This document shows, in pieces, positions 59,116 through 64,000 of a DNA stretch of 64,000 bases (the stretch's first letter is position 1; the number at the start of each line of letters is the position of its first letter). Source of the stretch: Candidatus Doudnabacteria bacterium (GTDB lineage: Bacteria > Patescibacteriota > Doudnabacteria > UBA920 > O2-02-FULL-48-8); the NCBI GenBank assembly GCA_016186915.1, contig JACPKU010000006.1:80921-144920 (forward strand). The letters run 5' to 3'. Position numbers and translations under genes: made by a program. The notes under the pieces are model-generated. The model did not search any database. It was not told where the DNA came from and was given only the letters and a program-made list of their open reading frames with translations.

Positions 59116-59344
59116 CCCTTCTCTAATACACGAAGTATACGAAGGTCACCTTTGCAATTTGGATTTTAAGCTGCTGTTGACCGTCTCGACTTCGCCCGAG
59201 GCCTTCGGCGAGACATAGTTTTTGTTTTAGGGAATTAAAATGTTAGAATTAAAATAGGTGTATATGGGTGAATATATTTTTTGTAAATTATGAGAGAGAC
59301 GTCATCAGGCCATAAGATTTGGGGGAAGAGGGAAAGTCAAAACC

Positions 59345-59650
59345 TTGAACAGCAAACCGTATAAATTCAAAGCCAAAGTGTGGTTGTATCCAGGAGAGGC
59401 TGGGTGGCACTTTGTGAATGTGCCTAAGAATCTATCAAAACAGATTGATAAAAGTTTTGCACATTTGAAAAGGGGATTTGGCTCGTTGCCGGTAGTGGCG
59501 CAGATTGGCAAAACCTTCTGGAAAACCTCGATCTTTCCAGACACCAAATCCGGCACTTATTTATTGGCTTTGAAAGTCGCGGTTCGCAAAGCCGAACATA
59601 TTAAGCTTCATGACCGTCTTGCCATCGTCCTCCAAATCCGAGAACTCTAG
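59345..59650 (+). CDS. DUF1905 domain protein
   Basis: FKAKVWLYPGEAGWHFVNVP...GSLPVVAQIGKTFWKTSIFP...GTYLLALKVAVRK matches DUF1905 pattern. Confidence 0.65.
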   Translation: MNSKPYKFKAKVWLYPGEAGWHFVNVPKNLSKQIDKSFAHLKRGFGSLPVVAQIGKTFWKTSIFPDTKSGTYLLALKVAVRKAEHIKLHDRLAIVLQIREL

Positions 59651-59726
59651 TATCTTATTTAAGGACTCATTCGCGCGAATGAGCGAATGATGGTATATTG
59701 GCTATACACAATTTTTTGCAGCTTCT

Positions 59727-60002
59727 GTGAATTATTCTTCTATGCCCACTTTAGAAAGACAACTTAAGGCGTTAGCGAATAAAAGAAGATTAGCGATAAT
59801 CAAATTTTTGGATAATCGCCGCGAAGCGTCGGTGGGTACGATTGCGGGCTGGATTAGATTGTCTTTCAAGTCTACATCCAAGCATTTATCAATTTTATCC
59901 GCGGTTGACATCGTGGATAAGGAGCAGCGCAGCAAAACCGTGTTTTATCATCTGGTTTCGCCGAAATCCAATTTAGTCAAACAAATTTTATCTCTGCTTT
60001 AA
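59727..60002 (+). CDS. ArsR/SmtB-family transcriptional regulator
   Basis: LKALANKRRLAIIKFL...VGTIAG...SKHLSIL...VFY winged-HTH pattern. Confidence 0.55.
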   Translation: MNYSSMPTLERQLKALANKRRLAIIKFLDNRREASVGTIAGWIRLSFKSTSKHLSILSAVDIVDKEQRSKTVFYHLVSPKSNLVKQILSLL

Positions 60003-60034
60003 CTAGGCATCATTCGCGCGAATAGGAGAATAGT

Positions 60035-60796
60035 ATGTGGTATTCTGGGAACGATTTTACAAATGAGGAGCTAGAAGTTCTAAAGGAGCTTGAGCGGGAG
60101 TTATTTAAATATAATCCCGGTTTTCGAGCCATGTGGCACGATGATTTTGAAGAGTACTTTAAGGGGACGTTGAATGAGGAGTACTGGGAGCGAAGAGAAA
60201 AACAACGCAATAAGGAATTAGAAGAAATAGTAAGAAAGCGGATGGTCGAAGATTTTGAATACGTGAAGTTTCGACATGAATTAGCGGAAATAGAGGAAAT
60301 GCTGTCGCGAGATGATCTTTTTTCCATCAAAGCAAGGGCTGGATTTGAGGATGAGTGGGAGAAAGCTCAAGAAAAAAAGCGGGAAGATAAGCTTTATGTG
60401 ACCGCAAAAGATTGGAGTTTTGAACTTTCGCATTTAGCTTATGAACTATATGAAACATATAAATTACTGCCCTTGTTTCGGATTGGAAAGAACGCCAGTT
60501 ATGTGGCGGCAAAAATAGCCTATGCTTCAGCGGATTTCAGAGAACGGATTGAAACATTGGAGGACCTGGCACGGAACACTTCATGGATAGGATATACGTT
60601 GGCGCTGACTTTTTTAAATAGAAGCTTAGAGTCTTTGGAAAAACTTGAAAGAGAAAATGAGCTGGCAGTTAGAATTGATTTGGATCGTTTTCAAACAACA
60701 GGCTCAAAGATGAAATTAGAATTGATGGATCGTTTGGAAAAATTTCACCAATCGGCGCTTAAGGCCAGATTTACTGGTTCTAATTCGCGCGAATGA
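60035..60796 (+). CDS. hypothetical protein (acidic/helical)
   Basis: Preceded by ATTCGCGCGAAT palindrome + aggag RBS. Confidence 0.45.
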   Translation: MWYSGNDFTNEELEVLKELERELFKYNPGFRAMWHDDFEEYFKGTLNEEYWERREKQRNKELEEIVRKRMVEDFEYVKFRHELAEIEEMLSRDDLFSIKARAGFEDEWEKAQEKKREDKLYVTAKDWSFELSHLAYELYETYKLLPLFRIGKNASYVAAKIAYASADFRERIETLEDLARNTSWIGYTLALTFLNRSLESLEKLERENELAVRIDLDRFQTTGSKMKLELMDRLEKFHQSALKARFTGSNSRE

Positions 60797-60807
60797 GGGA
60801 ATAGTAT

Positions 60808-61206
60808 ATGAATAAATTTGATTGCGAGAAATTTGAAGAAAAATTGAGAGAAATGGGCATCGAATATGACCCTAAGGCCTTTAAAGCAGGCCGGCTGACT
60901 AAATTATTGTTGAAACTTGACCCAATCCGAGGAACGAAAAGATTCAATAAGAGGTCGGGTGTTAGAAACGATGTCTTTGATAAAGCCCATGAACTTTTTT
61001 CTAAAATTGAGCGCATTGATATTTTCCCTCTTGGGGGTGGCTTACGAGGGTTCGTTTTAGTACTTGATCAAAACACCGCACTCTTTTTTTATCAAGACGG
61101 TGATTATTTTAAATATGACGGCTTTGAAATGGGTAAGTATGCGAAAGGCAAGGTCACGATCTTCGACGACTTACCAGACAATCTTCCAAGTCCTTATGAT
61201 CTCTAA
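60808..61206 (+). CDS. hypothetical protein
   Basis: Preceded by ATTCGCGCGAAT palindrome + gaggg RBS; followed by fourth palindrome copy. Confidence 0.45.
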   Translation: MNKFDCEKFEEKLREMGIEYDPKAFKAGRLTKLLLKLDPIRGTKRFNKRSGVRNDVFDKAHELFSKIERIDIFPLGGGLRGFVLVLDQNTALFFYQDGDYFKYDGFEMGKYAKGKVTIFDDLPDNLPSPYDL

Positions 61207-61329
61207 TTCGCGTGAATGAACGAATGAGTGGATGACCAAATTGCTTTGACGAGGACGTCAAAGGTTCCGCAGGACGGCGGTTTTTGTTTGTGGTAATATT
61301 AAATTAGAATTGAATAATTTTTTTTGCTT

Positions 61330-62094
61330 ATGTCTGTGATTAAAAAAAGTGTAATTATAGTTCTGGGCTTGGTAGTTGCAGTATTTGTTAGTCTTAGCGT
61401 TTACTTTTCCCAAGCGCCGTCGGAAACTAAGGCTTCGGAGCGGTTTATCACTGCCAACCCTGTGGACCTTGCGCAGATTGAGGCTTTTTCCAAATACCGC
61501 AGTTGTGAGGGCCACGATTTTCGCGCACCCCACCTCACGACCGCAGAAATAGAAGCGACCCCCAGCTCCATGAAGCATTATGTCAAGGCAAAGCCGGAGT
61601 TCCGTGGCACGGTTGATCAGGTCAAAGCCATGGCGCCTTTTGACGGCAAGATTTATAAAATTTACGACGAAGGCCCTTCTGATCAGCAAGTTTGGCTGAC
61701 ACCCCATGCTGTCAGTCCGCAACAGTGGCAATTTGTCTTTTTTCACATTGCTTTGCGTGACGGCTTAAAGCAAGGCTCTGCCGTCACAGCCGGGCAGGTA
61801 ATAGGCACGGCCAATCTGAAACGTGGGCCGGATGGTGGGACTGATAACTTTGATCTCGCGGTAAAGTTTACCAGACCGCTTCATAGACCAGCCATTGACG
61901 CGCCTTTTAACCACGCGACTCAGGCGGTACTGGATGAATATCGAGCATATGGGATTGAGCCTGAAGATTTTATCATCTCAGAAGAATACCGCAGTGCGCA
62001 CGACTGTCCGCGTTCTGATTGGGCGGACGAGGGGCCGTTTATCTATTTTGCGCCCGGAGGGCCGGATGATTATGTTTGGCTGACGCAACAATAA
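61330..62094 (+). CDS. membrane-anchored hypothetical protein
   Basis: N-terminal TM SVIIVLGLVVAVFVSLSVYF; higher GC than preceding island. Confidence 0.45.
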   Translation: MSVIKKSVIIVLGLVVAVFVSLSVYFSQAPSETKASERFITANPVDLAQIEAFSKYRSCEGHDFRAPHLTTAEIEATPSSMKHYVKAKPEFRGTVDQVKAMAPFDGKIYKIYDEGPSDQQVWLTPHAVSPQQWQFVFFHIALRDGLKQGSAVTAGQVIGTANLKRGPDGGTDNFDLAVKFTRPLHRPAIDAPFNHATQAVLDEYRAYGIEPEDFIISEEYRSAHDCPRSDWADEGPFIYFAPGGPDDYVWLTQQ

Positions 62095-62317
62095 TCTCTA
62101 TTGGCACTTGCCGCTATTAGAACTCTTCAAGGTCGAACCTTGATGCTTGAAATATAATTTTAGCTATCGCTATTTTTATGTTAATTCTGGTTGACATTTT
62201 AAGCGGGAGGGTTATAATTATTTCAAGGCGGCAGAAGTGCCGCTAATTTAATTGCAAGAATGCAGATTGAGTTTTATGACCCAGGAGCCGGTTTGAAATT
62301 CATTTAATTAACTTTGG

Positions 62318-62350
62318 ATAAAAAAAGCCCGCGGATTTGTGTTCCGTGGG
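62318..62350 (-). terminator. rho-independent terminator for purF-like gene
   Basis: On minus strand: ccgcccacggaacacaaatccgcgggc + ttttttt. Confidence 0.6.
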
Positions 62351-62369
62351 CGGAGCGGACGAGGTGGAA

Positions 62370-63716
62370 TTATTCGCTAAAACAACAGGTGCAGAACGTA
62401 CTAAAATCGTTCCCCAAGAGCTCCCTAAGCCTATCGTGCTTGAGAAAGCCCAGGCTGTCAGCGCCGAGATATCTTCCGAGCGCCTCGAGCCCTTGCTTGG
62501 TGGCGACCATTTCTGACCTGGCGAGCGGACCAGAACCGTAGAGGCAGGGAGCATTGTTCGGGGGAGAACTGATGCGAAGGTGTATTTCCCTCGCGCCTGC
62601 TTCCCTAACCATTTTAGTGACGTAGAGGCTGGTGTGCCCTCTGAGGATCCTGGTGTGCACCAGGACTACTTTCTTTCCGTTCACAATTGAACTGGCCGGG
62701 TTGAACTTTTCCCGAACAGTCAGGCTGAGAGGGTTATCCACTGGAGGAACCCCAACGCGGTTCGTCCAGTAGTGATTGCGGGTGATGCCCTGTCGAAAGG
62801 GTAGTCCGGAAACCGTTGAAAAACCAAGGGCGGGACAAAAGCCTGACTCCGGGATTGGGACGACAATGTCAGCATCTTCCGCCGGAGAGTCGTGGGCCAG
62901 ATAGCCTCCCAGTTTCGTGCGGAACTCGTCCACACTGTGGCCAAACATTATGCTGTCAGGTCTGGCGAGCGCGGTGAGTTCAGCCAAACATCGGCTTTGA
63001 CAGACTGGTGGAAATGGCTGGTGGGATGTAATCCCGTGTTCGTTGACCAGAACGACTTCGCCTGGCTCGACTTCTCGAGAAAACTCGGCTTCGATCAAAT
63101 CGAACGCGCAGGTTTCAGAGGCGGCGACAATCGCTCCGTTCGAGAGCGTACCGATGACCAGAGGCTTGTAGCCGCTGGGGTCTCGACAGAGGATCAGACC
63201 TTCTTGAGTCAGACAGGCCAAGGCATAGCCGCCTTGAAGCTTTGACAAAGCATCAACCAACGCCCCAAGGTTCGTTTTGGCTTTGGATCGTCCGTAGAGT
63301 GGGGGAATCACGTGCGTGTCGCTGGTTTCTTCTGGGAAGGATAAGCCCTCGTCCTTCAACGCCTGTTTGATGGCCTCGGCGTTGGACAAGTGTCCATCGC
63401 TAGCCACGGCGAACTGACCGTGTTGGCTGTCCGAAGCAATTGGCTGCGCGTTGAGAATGCTGATGTCTCCCCAAGTCGGCCGTCGGACTTGTCCGATCGC
63501 AACAGGAAGCTTGCTGTTGACAAGTTCCTCGCCGTTGCCGAAAACTTGAGTTATCCGGCCCATACCCTTGCTGACTCTGATTTTGTCCCGTAGGTCGCAG
63601 GTCGCGATCCCGGCACTGTCGTGCCCTCGATGCTGTTGCGCGTAGAGCATAAGATAGGTCAAATATGACGCTTCCTCGTTTCCCCAAACAGCCGCAATTG
63701 CAGACATGGTAAACAC
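62370..63716 (-). CDS. amidophosphoribosyltransferase-like protein (PurF family) lacking the N-terminal Cys nucleophile
   Basis: MSAIAAVWG..LMLYAQQHRGHDSAGI aligns to PurF MCGIVGI..LQHRGQDAAGI; PRTase motif VLVHTRILRGHTSLYVTKMVREAGAREIHL and IVVPIPESG; C-terminal Cys cluster. Probable ATG 63707 (M-S-A-I). Confidence 0.7.
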   Translation of the reverse strand: MFTMSAIAAVWGNEEASYLTYLMLYAQQHRGHDSAGIATCDLRDKIRVSKGMGRITQVFGNGEELVNSKLPVAIGQVRRPTWGDISILNAQPIASDSQHGQFAVASDGHLSNAEAIKQALKDEGLSFPEETSDTHVIPPLYGRSKAKTNLGALVDALSKLQGGYALACLTQEGLILCRDPSGYKPLVIGTLSNGAIVAASETCAFDLIEAEFSREVEPGEVVLVNEHGITSHQPFPPVCQSRCLAELTALARPDSIMFGHSVDEFRTKLGGYLAHDSPAEDADIVVPIPESGFCPALGFSTVSGLPFRQGITRNHYWTNRVGVPPVDNPLSLTVREKFNPASSIVNGKKVVLVHTRILRGHTSLYVTKMVREAGAREIHLRISSPPNNAPCLYGSGPLARSEMVATKQGLEALGRYLGADSLGFLKHDRLRELLGNDFSTFCTCCFSE

Positions 63717-63833
63717 CCCGTTAGGTAAAGTTCCTCTTTTGGATTGTGTGAGAACTAGTAATTTGATTGTAGCATAGGGTTTGGGTATAATTAATTCGAG
63801 ATCAAGTTATAAACAAAGGAAACTAAAAACCAT

Positions 63834-64000
63834 ATGCAAATTCCAAAGTGGATAATTACTTGGTTGGGGGCGTTGCTGATTGCATTTGTGGGGTTATCGG
63901 TTATTAGCAAGGGTTATGAGATCGGCTCAAAGCTGAATCAACGGCCAGAAAATACTATTTCGATGTCTGCGGAGGGCCGAGTAACCGCGGTCCCAGACTT
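63834..64000 (+). CDS. hypothetical membrane protein, 3'-truncated by window end
   Basis: ATG 63834, TM segment WIITWLGALLIAFVGLSVI. Confidence 0.3.
   Translation, partial: MQIPKWIITWLGALLIAFVGLSVISKGYEIGSKLNQRPENTISMSAEGRVTAVPD

Noticed and set aside
62191-62219. TTGACA-17-TATAAT promoter-like sequence on plus strand facing the purF-like gene
   Set aside because: No downstream plus-strand gene. It would only drive an antisense transcript into the minus-strand terminator. Could be chance in AT-rich DNA.

Overview
This 64 kb window looks like a small-genome bacterium of roughly 45% GC, possibly a CPR/Patescibacteria-like lineage; that placement is inference, not a database hit. Everything below is read by eye from the sequence and the ORF track. 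No searches were run, so all family names are motif-based calls.

Layout, left to right:
- 1-3370: tail of the ribosomal/RNA polymerase operon (rpsK, rpsD, rpoA, rplQ, rplM, rpsI).
- 3400-4200: a GC-rich islet with a GtrA-family membrane protein on the minus strand.
- 4340-10940: secreted proteins (beta-helix protein, S8 subtilase with a PKD domain, two paralogous Asn-rich small proteins).
- 10960-19665: one enormous 8.7 kb open frame for a surface protein. It has a 9-bp in-frame minisatellite, novel Asn-rich repeats, DUF11 repeats and an LPRTG motif, and it runs without a stop into a sortase-like domain whose nucleophile is Ser rather than Cys. A compensating frameshift pair brackets a near-identical tandem repeat.
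- 19867-20318, minus strand: RNase P RNA (rnpB).
- 20500-30100: RRM protein, a glycosyltransferase/cell-wall block (sugar transferase, two GT4, murG-like, patatin, murC) and an ABC transporter.
- 30348-34357: hpf, then a polyamine cluster (fold-III decarboxylase, deoxyhypusine-synthase-like, agmatinase).
- 34772-48579: secA, secD, secF, a TraD/TrwB-like ATPase pair, regulators and mnmA.
- 48640-53930: GC-rich islets flanking hppA and tRNA-Gln (51665..51738).
- 54019-61240: an AT-rich (~35% GC) island with radC, a MazG-like hydrolase, a PD-(D/E)xK plus DUF2075 (Schlafen-like) nuclease-helicase and small accessory genes. It ends in an ArsR-led three-gene cassette marked by a repeated ATTCGCGCGAAT palindrome.
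- 62370-63716, minus strand: a PurF-like gene whose N-terminal nucleophile Cys is replaced by Ser.

Several families of short palindromic or direct repeats recur across the window. The candidates I would chase first are the self-contained surface-protein/Ser-sortase fusion and the AT-rich nuclease-helicase island.
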